From Mobula hypostoma (taxonomy: Eukaryota), in the NCBI RefSeq assembly GCF_963921235.1, contig NC_086097.1:115198001-115262000 (forward strand): a stretch of DNA of 64,000 nucleotides. The letters run 5' to 3'. The notes beneath the pieces are model-generated. The model worked only from the letters and a program-made list of their open reading frames with translations. It did not search any database and was not told where the DNA came from. The position numbers and the translations under genes were made by a program. Shown in pieces: positions 49,431 to 62,576 of the stretch; position 1 is the first letter of the stretch; each line of letters begins with the position of its first letter.

Positions 49431-50799
49431 ATGTAAAGGAATTTATGGCTCATCTCTACTCATTTACCTACTTTTAGATATAGTTTGTACTCATAACAAA
49501 TGAGATGTGGAGGGGACTGTTTGGTTTGCATAGGATTTATGGCTGCATGACAATGATCACTCTGTTTCTCTGAACATAACTGTCCTTATCTATTCAGTGG
49601 GAAGTACAAGCTTCTGCTGTTGGCAGGAACACCCCAGAGAACCTTACCTACCGGTCCTCCTGCTGCCGCTTGTGTTTCCTGACCAGATCCCCAAGTTGTT
49701 TTCCTCTGGTTGGATGCAGGACTCTACAATGATGTCTCTCTGCTTGTTCAGTGTGTTCTATGGACTGACAGTCAGAGCAGTTGTATAGCATTGTTTTTTC
49801 ACATTCATCTTGGTTTGGAAGTAGACGTTAGCCTTCCCTTCCAGCACACAGAATCCATTCCTTAGGCCAATATCAAAAGCTGAAAATATTGGAAAAAAAT
49901 TCTGCAAGTAAATTTTCTCACCTTCCCATAATGCACAACACCCCCTATGTAAAGGAAGCAAAGAACTTTTCCACTTAAAAAGGATCTGGTTATTCTAAGG
50001 AGCTGTCAAGGGATTGTGAATACAGTCAACGGCTATTGCACTCTGAGGGAAGACAGCAACGTTGGCAATTCCCAATGTCAGGAATGCAGCTTCCTCAATG
50101 CAATGAGACAGATATACTCCTCAGTAATTTTAGAAAATGGGAGACATCTGCAAAGCTGTGGTCAGCAGCAAAGTAGGCAGTATGGCAAGCAGCAGCCATC
50201 GATAATTGTGTAAAGGCCGGGAAACTTCTGCTCTGTGGGCCCTGAAACTCTGAGTCATTTTACAAAGCTTTTATTAATGATGTCAGAACAGAAGTGTTTC
50301 TATTGATGTATCCATTGAGTACACAGCTGAAAAACTGATTGCTGTACCCACGGTTTGAGAATTTCTCTATGGTTTTACGAGCACTCAACATTGTCCTGAA
50401 GTCAGCAGCATCCCCCTTAAATCACAAAACAAATCCAGATAACCTGGAGTATACTTCTTGATCTCTGTGACTGTTCCTGTCAATTGTTGTCTGCAGTTTT
50501 GAGTTCCAGCTTGTCAGAATGGGATGAATTGCGTGCATCACAATGACCATAAACATGAGGTATAACACCGCGAAAAGTCCATCCATTTCTATTTGTCGTT
50601 CAGTGTAACCTATGATCAGAACAGTTCATTTAATCACTGAAATGGACAGTTTCATGTCTTCACTGGAAACACTTTCCCACATAAAATTCCATTTTTAAAT
50701 GCACATTGCTGCTATTAAATTTTTTTACCTCAAAAGAAATACCCTTGCAAATTAAAAACATGACTGCCTAAATTATGTGCCAATCCACTGGCACAAAAA

Positions 50800-51137
50800 C
50801 TTATACTTTCTGCCTGTCATTTAGGGCAGCAATGAAGGTCCTCCATCTCAGGTGGTGTTCAGGGCTTCCTTCATCGTGTCAGTAGCTTCCCCTCGGTTTT
50901 CACAGCTCCCGTAACAAATTTGCTTTACCAGTCAGGGTTGTTAGCCGTGAGCTTAATCCCCGAACCTGGAGGACAGGTGGACCACTCTTAGTCTGGCCTC
51001 TGTCCTTTGACCTGTTTGGCATGGCTGACCCTATCAAGAGCCAAAGCATAAAGCCCTGGCTCCAGCCAATATGGTTCTCTGGGTCATTGAGGCACGCAAG
51101 CCTCCAAACCACGACAAGGTTGTAGTCTTCTTGGAGG
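50800..51137 (-). mobile_element. Bipartite non-autonomous RTE derivative (5' leader fused to 3' end)
   Basis: Starts CCTCCAAG..ACCTTGTCGTGGTTTGGAGGCTTGCGTGCCTCAATGACCC (RTE-type leader); ends gaggaccttcattgctgccctaaat, matching the RTE end at 14857-14881. Confidence 0.75.
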
Positions 51138-51269
51138 TTTTATCAATCAATCCCTCCTTTATACCTTCTCACCAGCACCTTTGCTCGTCAACCTACTCAT
51201 TATACAGGATTTCAATGATTCCTGACAGCTGAAGCAGCAATTCGCTTGTTTTTCTTTCTATTTTGTACA

Positions 51270-51478
51270 GTGGACACAATATATATTGGGGAAATCGAAC
51301 ATAGAATATTTAACAATGTTGGAGCTCAGCTCCATTCAATCTGCAAGGGAGGACTTGAGGTCCCAGATGCCGTTACACCGACTCTGATTTCTGTATATTT
51401 GTCATCTGACAATGTTTCAGTGAAGCTGAACATATGCTTCAAGTAAAACACCTCTTCTTTCAATTAGTCACAGTATAG
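51270..51478 (+). pseudogene. Ancient Penelope GIY-YIG endonuclease fragment
   Basis: IYIGEIEHRI..QLHSIC then CFSEAEHMLQVKHLFFQL, aligning with CHDEATLRLEEQHLMFRL at 60490-60590. Confidence 0.6.
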
Positions 51479-51514
51479 AATAGAATCAAGTTTATTATCA
51501 CTGACATATGTCAT

Positions 51515-51942
51515 TGTTCCTTAGGGTTATAGCTGGTGGTGGTGTGGAGACAAGCTCCCACTACCTTTTAAATGTTCCCAATGCCGTGCGCCTCAAATAG
51601 CTTCTGGCAGTCATGTCAAGCTCCTGGCCTTCACGTGTGGCTTAGCTACTAAGGCTGGCTGACCTGTTTCTACCGACAGGAGAAGGGGCAAAGGTGGGTT
51701 ACCCGAGCCTTGAAACCAGTGGCTTTGGGCAGATGGGGCTCATCAGCCGTGGTTGGCAGCTCAACTAGGAGAAGGAAAACTCTGATCTCAAACCTCCGCT
51801 GCCTTGTAGCTATACCCACTCACGGGGAAGTTTTCAAGAGTAAACCCTGAGGGAAAAATCCAGAGCTAGAGTCCCAAAAGCAGTCCTACATTGAGTTCAA
51901 TGCTGACTGGCAACTCCCTCCATGCTGCTGGTACTAAACCGT
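51515..51942 (+). mobile_element. Non-coding retroposon family H (5' portion)
   Basis: Colinear with the reverse complement of ~42590-42999. Confidence 0.8.
51532..51682 (+). ncRNA. Candidate HDV/CPEB3-like ribozyme fold
   Basis: P2 CTCCTG 51621-26 / CAGGAG 51677-82; P3 GCC/GGC; L3 TTCACGT; J4/2 CCGA; P1 degenerate in this copy. Confidence 0.5.
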
Positions 51943-53454
51943 AGGGTGAGTGTGGTGTGGGAATCAGGGTTGCAGATGTCTCAGGTTTACAACAAAACAG
52001 TCCGAATTCCAGATTCTTCTATCCCACTTTAACCTAAGTATTGAGATACCAAACGTCCAGTTATGTCACACTTAGACTGAACTATCAAAAACCAAATCTT
52101 CTGAAGGCTTCTGAGACATTAGAAAATGAAGATTTAGAAGATAAGGATTAGCTTTATTTATCACACGTACATCGATACATACACGGAAGTGTGTTGTTTT
52201 GCATCAATGTCTGAGGATTGTGCTGGTGACATGCTCCAAGTGTCGCCATGCTACTCTGGAGAATACAGGTATGGTACAGTAACCTTTGCTGGAGCAGACT
52301 TCGGGCCGAATCGAAGCTGTGGGGTTTGGGCCTGAGAGTGAAAGACAAACTGATGTTCAGCTGATTGAAGCATCAAAGCAGATTAAAAAGATTAAGGCAT
52401 CAAGGCTGAGGGTGAAGGATGAGCCAGTATTCAGTTCTCTACTCCAGGAGGTTTTACAAGACTCGGCTCGGCTTTGTGGCTGTGGAGTCACTTTCGGGGA
52501 CTCCGAGTTTCATGTCCTGTGCATTACGTTTACTTTTTCAATTGTTTGCATGGTTTGTTCTTTTCTCACACATTGGATGTTTGACATCCTTTGCTGTCTG
52601 GGGTTTGTCGTGGATTCTATTGCACTTCTTTGTTTCATAACTGCAAGAAAATGAACCTCAAGGTTGTATATAGTATACGTAATTTGATAATAAATGTACT
52701 TTGAACTTTGAAAACTTCCAGTGTCAACACAGCATGCTCATAACTCAGTAACCCAAATTTTAGGTCTTTTGGGACATGTGAAGAAACCAAAGCACCCGAG
52801 GTCATTGGGAGATTGTGCAAACTCCTTATAGACGGTGACAGGAATCAAACCTCGGCTGGTAATTGCAGATGCTCTAAAGGGATTGCTCTAACTGTTACGT
52901 TACTGTGCCATCTACAAAGATCAACAACCAAAAATGAATTAAAAGATAGTGATAGATATGTAGATAGATAGACAGATAACGTAAGAACTTTCTGCCATTT
53001 GAAAATATTCACAGTAGTGAAAAGGTGTTTCAGATTGGACATAAGATTTGGCCTTGTTGAATTGCACAGCAGTGTCTGAGCTGGAATGGCCCATTTATGC
53101 TCCAACTTCTTATTTTGTAGCGGTCAAAGCAAGATCTGAGTGTTTTGGAAGAATGGTAGAACCTTCCTGGGCAAGACAAGGCCGTTCATTTGTGTCACCA
53201 CTCTGCAAGAACACTGAGGCTAGCTGCACTCCCCTATTCCTTCACCTTAACCCTGTATGTCTTCTGTCAAACACTTCAAAACTGTGTTCACTTACTATAG
53301 AGTCATAGAGCAAGACAACACAGAAACAAGACCTTTGACCCATCTAATCCATGACAAACTGTTATTTCGCCCAGTGCCATCAACCCGTACTTGGACCATA
53401 ACTCCACATACCTCTTCCATCATGTACCGCACTTACACAAATTTCTCTTAAATT

Positions 53455-56400
53455 CTTCAGCGGTTTGATCGGGACACAACTGCGCAAGCACGTGGACATC
53501 AGTCAGTGAAAACAGCGAGAACAGTTTAAAAGGAGACAGCTTTATAGAATGGACGCAACAGGAATAGGAATGGGCAACAGAGTAGGGGGAGACAAAGTAA
53601 GAGGGCTTTGGCTCAACGGGGCTTCGGCATTAATTGGTCGAGGCGAGGTAGGTCACCTGTGTAGAATACGGACCGGAAGTATATGTGTGAGGCAGGTGTT
53701 CTGTGCTCGGTGTCAGATGTGGGAGGTCTGGGAGACTCCAAGCCTCCCGAATGGCCACATCTGCGCCAGGTGCGTCGAGCTGCAGCTCCTTAGGTACCAG
53801 GATATGTAAATGGAGATGCAGCTCGATGATCTTCTTCTGGTCAGGGAGAGTGAGGAGGTGATTTAGAGGAGCTATAGGCAGGTAGTCACACTGGGTTCCG
53901 AGGAGACAGATAAGTGGGTACAGTAACAGGCAGGAGAGGGAAGGGCAAGAGTCAGAAGTTAGAGAGTACCCCTGTGGCAGTCCCCCTAAACAATAAGTAC
54001 TCCAGTTTGAGGACTGTTGGGGTGAGACGGCCTACCTGGGGGAAGCAACAGTGGCTGCGCCTCTGGTACAAAGTCCAGCCTGTGGCTTAGAAGGGTAGGG
54101 AAAGGAAGAGGATGGCAGCAGTGATAGGGGACTCTATAGTTAGGGGGTCAGACAGGCAATTCTGTGGACACAGGAAAGAAGCACGGATGGTAGGTTGTCT
54201 CCCAGGTGCCAGGGTCTGGAAAGTTTCTGATCATGTCCACGATATCCTGAAATGGGAAGAACAGCCAGAGGTCGTGGTACATATTGGTACCAATGACATA
54301 GGCAGGAAAAGAGAGGAGGTCCTGAAAGCAGGCTACAGGAAGTTAGGAAGGAAGTTGAGAAGCAGGACCACAAAGGTGGTAATCTCAGGATTACTGCCTG
54401 TGACATGTCAGTGAGCATAAGAATAAAGTGAGGTGGAGGATAAATGCGTGGCTGAGGGGTTAGAGCAAGGGGGAGAGATTCAGATTTCTGGATCATTGGG
54501 ACCTCTTTGGGGGCAGGATTGACTTGTATAAAAAGGACAGATTGCACTTGAATCCCCAGGGGAAAAATATCCTGGCGGGAAGGTTTGCTAAGGCTATTGG
54601 GGAGAGTTTAAACTAGAATTGCTGAGGGGTGGGAATCGAACTGAAGTGACGGAGGAAGGGGTGGTAGGCTTACAAATAGAGAAAGCTTGGAGACAGTGCG
54701 AGAGGAAGGATAGGCAGGTGATAGGGAAGGGACATGCTCAGACCAATGGTTTGAGGTGTGTCTATTTTAATGCAAGGTGTATTGTGAACAAAGCAGATGA
54801 GCTTAGAGCGTGGATCAGTACTTGGAGCTATGATGTTGTGGCCATTACAGAGACTTGGATGGCTCGGGCAGGAATGGTTACTTCGAGTACCAGGCTTTAG
54901 AGGTTTCAGAAAGGACAGGGAGGGAGGCAAAAGCGGTGGGGACGTGGCACTGTTGATCAGAGATAGTGTCACGGCTGCAGAAAAAGAGGAAGCCATGGAG
55001 GGATTGTCTACAGATTCTCTGTGAGTGGAAGGTAGGAACAGGAAGGGGTCAATAACTCTACTGGGTGTTCTTTATAGACCAACCAATAGAAACAGGGACA
55101 TCGAGGAGAAGATATGGAGACAGATTCTGGAAAGGTGTGTAGGATTTCTCTGTAATGTTAACTGCTAAGGCTAATTTAATGGCTTCTCTGTAATGTTAAC
55201 TGATGGGGTAATGGTTTCTCTGCAGCTGTAATGTTTGGGTTATAACTATAGATAACGGGTGACTATCCAATGGGAGAAATGTTATTCTTTCTTGTATGTC
55301 TGGGAGCCAGGGTTTTTGGCTGAAGAGAGTGAGAGGAAGGCTGGGAGACCACTGGACAGCGTATCCTGGAATCCGAGGATCCGAGGGTCGGTGAAGTTTC
55401 GGTAGAGGTCATTTGTGGAGGAATACCTGCTGAGTGAGCGCCAACGCATATTGAGACTTTAACTTTGGGCCCTTTTACTTTTGTTTATTTTCCTACTAAT
55501 CTTATATTCAGAATAAGATTCATAGAGTTTATCATTTGATTGTATATGGTGTACTGTCTGATATTTTGCATTGTGGGTTTGTGAACGGGAGTATATTACA
55601 CCACATCCACCCAAACTTGAAAATCCTGTTTGGCGGGGCTGAAAGCTGATTCACCTGGACAAACTTGACCGGAAAGCCTGGTGGGTTACAGGTGTAATCA
55701 TAACAGAGTTGTTGTGGTGGGAGATTTCAATTTCCCAAATATCGATTCTCATGTCCCTAGAGTGAGGGGTTTAGATGGTGTAGAGTTTGTTAGGTGTATT
55801 CAAGAAGGTTTCTTGACACAATATGTAGATAAGCCTACAAGAGGAAAAGCTGTACTTGATCTGGTATTGGGAAATGAACCTGGTCAGGTGTCAGATCTCT
55901 CAGTGGGAGAGCATTTTGGAGATAGTGATCACAATTCTATCTCCTTTACCATAGCATTGGAGAGGGATAAGAACAGACAAAGTTAGGAAAGCATTTTATT
56001 GGAGTAAGGGAAATTGTATGGAAGAAATGTGGCAAATGTTCAGGGGATATTTGTGTGGCGTTCTGCATTGGCACGTTCGAATGAGACAGGGTAGGGTACA
56101 GGAACCATGGTGTACAGAGGCTGTTGTAAATATCGTCAAAAAGAGAAGAACTTACGAAAGGTTCAAAAAACTAGGTAAAAATAGAGATCTAGAAGATTAT
56201 AAGGCTAGCAGGAAAGAACTTAAGAAAGCTATTTTGAGAGCCAGAAGGGGCCATGAGAAGGCCTTGGCAGACAGGGTTAAGGAAAACCCCAAGGCATTCT
56301 ACAAGTATGTGAAGAGTAAGAGGATAAGATTTGAGAGAATGGGACCAATCAAGTGTGACAGTGGAAAAGTATGTATGGAACCGGAAGAGTTAGCAGAAGT

Positions 56401-57895
56401 ACTTAGTGAGTACTTTGCTTCAGTATTCACTACGGAAGAGGATCTTGGCAATTGTAGGGATAACTTACAGCGGACTGAAAAGCTTGAGCATGTAGATATT
56501 AAGAAAGAGGATGTGCTGGAGCTTTTGAAAATCACCAAGTTAGATAACTCACTGGGACCAGATGAGATGTACCCCAGGCTGCTGTGAGAGGCGAGGGAGG
56601 AGATTGCTGAGCCTCTGGTGATGATCTTTGCATCATCAATGGGGACGGGAGAGGTTCTGGAGGATTGGAGGGTTGTGGATGTTATTCCATTATTCAAGAA
56701 AAGGAGTTGAGATAGCAGAGGAAATTATAGACCAGTGAGTCTTACTACAGTGGTTGATGGAGAATTTGTTGGAGAAGATCCCGAGAGGCAGGATTTATGA
56801 ATATTTGGAAAGGAATAATATGATTAGGAATAGTCGACATGGCTTTGTGAAGCAGGTTGTGCCTTATGAGCCTGATTGAATTTTTTGAGGATGTGACTAA
56901 ACACATTGATGAAGGTAGAGCAGTAGATGTAGTGTATATGGATTTTAGCAAGGCATTTAACATCATACCCCATGCATGGGTTATTGAGGTAGTAAGGAGG
57001 CATGGGGTCCAAGGTGACATTGCTTTGTGGATCCAGAACTGGCTCGCCCACAGAAAGCAAAGATTGGTTGTAGATGGGTCATATTCTGCATGAAGATTGG
57101 TCACCAGTGGTGTGCCTGAGGGATCTGTTCTGGGACCCCTACTCTTCTTTTATTAATGACCTGGATGAGGAAGTAGAGGGAGAATTTAGTAAATTTGCTG
57201 ATGACACAAAGGTTGGAGGTGTTGTGGATAGTATGGAGGGCTGTCAGAGGTTACAGCGGGACATTGATAGAATGCAAAACTGGGCTGAGAAGTAGCATAT
57301 GGAGTTCAACCCAGATAAGTGTGAGGTGGTTCATTTTGGTAGTTTAAATATGATGGTAGGGTATAGCATTAATGGCAAGACTCTTGGCAATTTGGAGGAT
57401 CAGAGGGATCTTGGGGTCCGAGTTCATAGGACAGTCAAAGCTGCTACGCAGGTTGATTCTGTGGCTAAGAAGGCATATGGTGCATTGGCCTTCATCAACC
57501 GTGGGATTGAGCTTAGGAGCCGAGAGGTAATGTTGCAGCTATGATGAGAGGCATTGATCGTGTGGATAGTCAGAGGCTTTTTCCTAGGGCTGTAATGACT
57601 AGCATGAGAGGGGACAGTTTTAAGTTGCTTGGAAGTAGGTACAGAGGAGATGTCAGGGGTAAGTTTTTTACGCAGAGCGTGGTGAGGGCACTGAATGGTC
57701 CGCCGGCGACGGTGGTGGAGTTGGAAACGATAGGGTCTTTTAAGAGACTCCTGGACAGGTACATGGAACTCAGAAAAATAGAGGGCTATGTGTAACCCTA
57801 GGTAATTTCTAAAGGTAAGGACATGTTCGGCTCAGCATTGTAGGCCAAAGGGCCTGTATTGTGCTGTAGGTTTTCCATGTTTCAATGTTTCTATG
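53455..57895 (+). mobile_element. Near full-length CR1 family 2 (5'UTR, ORF1, ORF2), with LTR insertion and internal deletions
   Basis: ORF1 CARCQMW..HICARCVELQLL and IGDSIVRG/HIGTND esterase; ORF2 APE/RT; tttctatg-like tail; itself splits an older minus-strand CR1 piece (53300-53450, 57897-58090). Confidence 0.9.
55138..55690. mobile_element. Solo LTR, family B
   Basis: TGTA...TACA termini, 4-bp TSD GGTG (55134-55137 / 55691-55694); interrupts the CR1 APE frame QILERC|NHNRVVV. Confidence 0.87.
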
Positions 57896-59884
57896 TTGAA
57901 GTCAAACTCACATCCACCACTTCCACTGGCAGCTTGTACCACACTCTCACCACCCTCTGAGTGAAGAAGTTCCCCCAAGTTTCCTCTTAAATATTTCACC
58001 TTTCATCTAAGACCCCTCGTTCTAGTCTCACCCAATCTCAATGGAAAAATCTGCTTGTGTTTATATTACCTATACTCCTCATAACATCCCATATATCTTG
58101 ATATCTTGTTATTTCTACACAAGGGAATAATTACCCTCTGCTGAAATAATTCTATTTTTAAAATGTTTTATATTTTTTCACATATGTTATCAATATTCTC
58201 TAATCTAAACAGAAAAAACCCTGCATCTCTAGCTTTTCCTCTCGAATAATCATCCTTGGGACCATCTCAAAAATGAGCAGAGCTATGGTGACATATCATT
58301 TAAAGTTACTCGCAGCTAAGCTCTGGATGATTGTTCCAGAGAGATGAGTTCCAGATTCATTTGTCACTTTGTACATTGGAACATACAGTGCAAACGTCAT
58401 TTGTGTTAACAACCAACAGATTCAACGACCCGCTTGGGGCAGCCCACAAGTGTTGCCACACATTCCGGTGCCAACAAAGCAATCCGGTTCAGTTCAGGCC
58501 ATCTCTGGGAGAGTGTGTCTGGATTCTCAAGCCTCGAACTTCAGATTTCACCTCAGAATACTGATCATGGAACTTTTGCACCTTAACCTCCAATCCCAGT
58601 GACCCAGACCCTCGCGATTTCTTCGGATCCTCATGACTCCTTCTGGTCGCCAACTTCGGTCTTTGACCTACAGGCTTTGACCTTTGACTTTACCCTCAAA
58701 ACTTTGCCAGGTCTCTATGTACAGACTTGCATGGATGGACCTTATTTGACCTTCAGGTCTTGACTTCTAGATTTCCACCCACCTCTAACTCCAACTCCAG
58801 TGACTTTTGGAGCCAGCATTTATTGCCCATCACAAATTTTCTTTGGGAAAATGGTGGTGAGCCACTGCCTGGAACCAACTGTCCTTCAGGTTACCGTACT
58901 CCTACGGAGCCACTCAGTAAGGAGCTTGAAGATTTAGATGATTAGTGACCAAATTCGGATGGTATATAATTTAAAAAGGAACCTGCAGATGGTGGTAATC
59001 TCTATGACTGCTATCTTTCTAACTGATACACATTTGAAGATAATATTGTTGGCTTATGGAAAATTTAAGAAGCTTTATAGGATATTTGTTTTTATTGGCC
59101 AGAGTTTAGAATACTCAATACGTGTGAGAATTTCCTCCTCCTGTCACGTCATATCTCAAATAATTCTTATTATCTCAGGAAGAATATAGTAGCTCCAAAA
59201 AAGGTACAGAGGAGATTTAAAAGACATCATTGGAGCAGGAGTATTTCAATTTTAAGGAGAGATTGGCTAAGCTGTTAGGAAGACAGGAGGTGGAGGAGGG
59301 ATTTAATCAAGTATGTAATATTATAGAAGGGTTAAGGAAGCTGAATGCAAAGGACTTGTTTTCCTCAGAATTCAATACTAGGGATCATAGATTTAAGGTA
59401 AATGACAAAAGGATTTAAGGGAAGTTGAGAAAGATGAGGTTGCTTTTGGAGAATGCTGAGGGTCCAGTGCATTGACTGAATTGTCTAAACAATCTTTTAA
59501 TGGTATGGATTGAGCAGCAGAATGCCTTCTAAAATAACTTTCTCAGATTCTGATTGTATAATTCTTGTAATTGATTGTATGAAGATGTCCCTAGCTAAGT
59601 GCATCATACCATTTTCTGCATGAGTTATTCTGTGGTGCTTCTGAATGAGTTTTCTAATAATGACCTCATTAAGGGCAATCTTCAACTGTTTACATTTGGA
59701 AATGGGTGGTTGGTGATTGGTGAGTGGCCTGGTCACAGTAGGCCATAGGACTGTTTATGTGCTACATCTCTCTGTGACTCCAAGTACTCAAGATTTCCTG
59801 GTATAAAAAGGCACCTGCAGTTAAAATAAACCATTCTCTTCCTTGGTGTGTTTGAACCCAGATACTGACTGAAGTTCTTATGCC

Positions 59885-61045
59885 ATTGGATGCTGCCTGG
59901 TTTAGAGAGCTTGTGCTCTCATGATAGGCTGGACAAACATGGGTTGTTTTCTTTGGAATGGAGATCTGATAGAGGTTTATAAGATTATAAGAGGCACAAG
60001 TAGAGTAGACAGGGAGTATCTTTTTCCCAGGGGAAAAATGTCTAACACCAGAGACCATGCATTGAAGGTGAGGGGGTAGGGTCCAAGCAGACGTGAGGGG
60101 TAAGTTTTTCACTCAGAGAGTGGTGGATGCCCAGAATGCGGTGTCTGGTGCGGTGGTAAAGGTAAATACATGAGAGGCTTTTAAGAAAGTACAGTCGATG
60201 TCTCGGGCTGAGACCCTTCAGCAGGACCGGAGAAAAAAAAAGACGAGGAGTAGATTTAGAAGGTGAGGGAGGGGAGAGAGAAACACAAGTTGATAGGTGA
60301 AACTGGGAGGGGGGGATGAAGTAAAGAGCTGGGAAGTTGATTGGTGAAAGAGATACTGACTGGAGAAGGGGGAGTTTGATAGGTGGGGACAGAAGGCCAT
60401 GGAGGAAAGAAAAGGGAAAGGAGCACTAGAGTGAGGCGATGGTGAGAGAAGGAAAAGGAGATGGGGAATGGTGAAGGGGGCCATTACCATAAGTTTGAGA
60501 AATCGATGTTCATGCCATCAGGTCGGAGGATACCCAGACGGAACATAAGGTGTTGTTCCTCCAACCTGAGTGTGGCTTCATCGTGACACATGGATTGACA
60601 TATTGGAATGAGAATGGGAAGTGGAATTAAAATGGTGGCCACTGGGAGATCCCACTTTTTCTCTCCTATGTTTATCTCTCTCCTCCCCCACCTTTTAAAT
60701 CTACTCATCTTTTTTGTCTCTAGTCCTACCAAAGGGTCTCAGCCAGAAACATGGACTGTACTTTTTTCCAGAGATGCTGCCTGGCCATAGATGCTGGAGT
60801 TCCTCCAGCATTTTGTGTGTGTTGCTTAGATTTCCAGCATCTGCAGACGCTCTCTTGTTAGAGGCTTTTAAGAGAAGTTTAGATAAGCACATGAATGTGA
60901 GGAAGATGGAGGGATGAGGACATTGTGTAGATAGGAGGGATTAGTGTTGGGGGGTTTTTGATTTACTGTTTAGCTGCTTTGGGACAACACTGTGGGGTAA
61001 AGTGCCTGTTCCTGTACTATGCTGTTCTATGCTCTGCGTTCCATG
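59885..61045 (+). mobile_element. CR1 3' fragment split by a PLE
   Basis: DLIEVYKII motif, FFTQRVV, CR1 3'UTR/tail after 60873. Confidence 0.78.
60187..60859 (-). mobile_element. Penelope-like element with inverted terminal repeat
   Basis: Minus strand CHDEATLRLEEQHLMFRLGILRPDGMNIDFSNLW*; hammerhead motifs at 60192-60229 (-) and 60721-60758 (+); 14-bp TSD agaggcttttaaga 60173-60186 / 60860-60873. Confidence 0.88.
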
Positions 61046-61671
61046 TTATGCAAACTGCTGACAAAGTAAAATGCATAAAATATACATTGAACTAGATTCA
61101 AGATTGAAGTTTATTTACCATGTGTATGTCAAAACATACAGTAAATGCAGAATTTGCTTTAACAATGGACACATCAACAAAGAAAGAAACTTGCGCATTG
61201 CAAACACGGTTCAGCCTGTTAACTCTCTACAATGATCTGAATTAAGTTGTATCAAGGAGTGTATTTATTATGAGTGTGCTGTGTGAGTAAGGTTTCTGTA
61301 CCTTCTGGTTTGTGAGTGTGTGACAGTTGCATTACTAACATTTGATCTATTCCCCTCTTCCACATGGAGTGAGGTCGTCATCCGAGCAAGCACAGTTCAG
61401 TAGTGCATAGACTCCATCTGTTGTGGGCTGCGATACTTCCAGCAGTAAAGGGAACAGCAGCCATGATTGCAGAGCCAGCTGGAACTTACTTAGGCCGATG
61501 ATGGATCAGCGGAGGCAGGCTCTCCTTGCAGCTTGCCAGGCAGATTGAGCCTTAAACAGCTGGCTCATCAATCCAGCTGCAAGAAAGTATCGGGAGGAAT
61601 CCACGGTCAACGGCTTCAGGTCAGGGAGTGACAAACCTTTCAGCGGGGAAGATCATTGCTCAGAGTACATG

Positions 61672-62232
61672 CACTCAGTGGCCACTTTATTAGGTACACC
61701 TTTACATCTGCTCGTTCATGCAAATATCCGATCAGACAATAGTGTGGCAGCAACTCGATGCATGATAGCATGCAGACACGGTAAAGGGGTTCAGCTGTTG
61801 TTCAGGCCTAACATCAGGACGCGGTAGAAATGGGAGCTAAGTGACTTTGACCGTGGAATGATTGTTGGTGCCAGACGGAGTAGTTTCAGTATCTCAGAAA
61901 GATCTCCTGGGATTTTCATGCACAACAATCTCTAGAGCTTTCAAGAGAATGGTGCAAATGAAAACAAAAAAGCAGTGAACAGCAGTTCTTGTCTGCCTTG
62001 TTAATGAGAGAGGTCAGAGGACAGGGGACAGACAGGTTCAAGCTCATAGGAAGGTGACAGTAACTCAAATAACCATGCCAGCCAACAGAGATGTGCAGAA
62101 GAGCATCTCTGAATGCACAACATGTCAAACCTTGAAGCGGATGGACGACAGCAGCAGAAGACCATGAACAAACACTCAGTGACCGCTTTATTAGGTACAG
62201 TACAGCAGAATCCTAATAGAGTGACCACAGAG
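61672..62232 (+). mobile_element. Tc1-derived non-autonomous element
   Basis: CACTCAGTGGCCACTTTATTAGGTAC left TIR; LSDFDRGMIVGARR remnant; inner direct copy of the TIR motif at ~62173. Confidence 0.8.
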
Positions 62233-62576
62233 CTTTAATGTAATTGCTTAGACATTGATTTGATTCTTTGTTGGGAGCCAACTAACTGGGACCTTTTACA
62301 AAAGATCTTCATTTTACCTCCTCATAAATGCACAGAAGTGGTGTTTATGTTGCCAGTTTCTTTATCTTTGAATGCAGGTCCTGATAGCTATTCAGTTGTT
62401 TTCATTCATCAGCTGCCAGTTTGCCACCTACAACAGTATGGTTTCAGTCCATAAATACAGACTCTCTACGACTGGGAGATGATGGTTGCCATGGAGCTCT
62501 GTGAGGGCGCAGTGGCTAAAGAAACTCCCACAGATCCTGGTCAATGAGATTAATACTAGAAGAATTGTATTTGAAA

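Noticed and set aside
53121..53155. Plus-strand mini-exon RSKQDLSVLEEW
   Set aside because: Weak donor (gtagaa) and no partner exons
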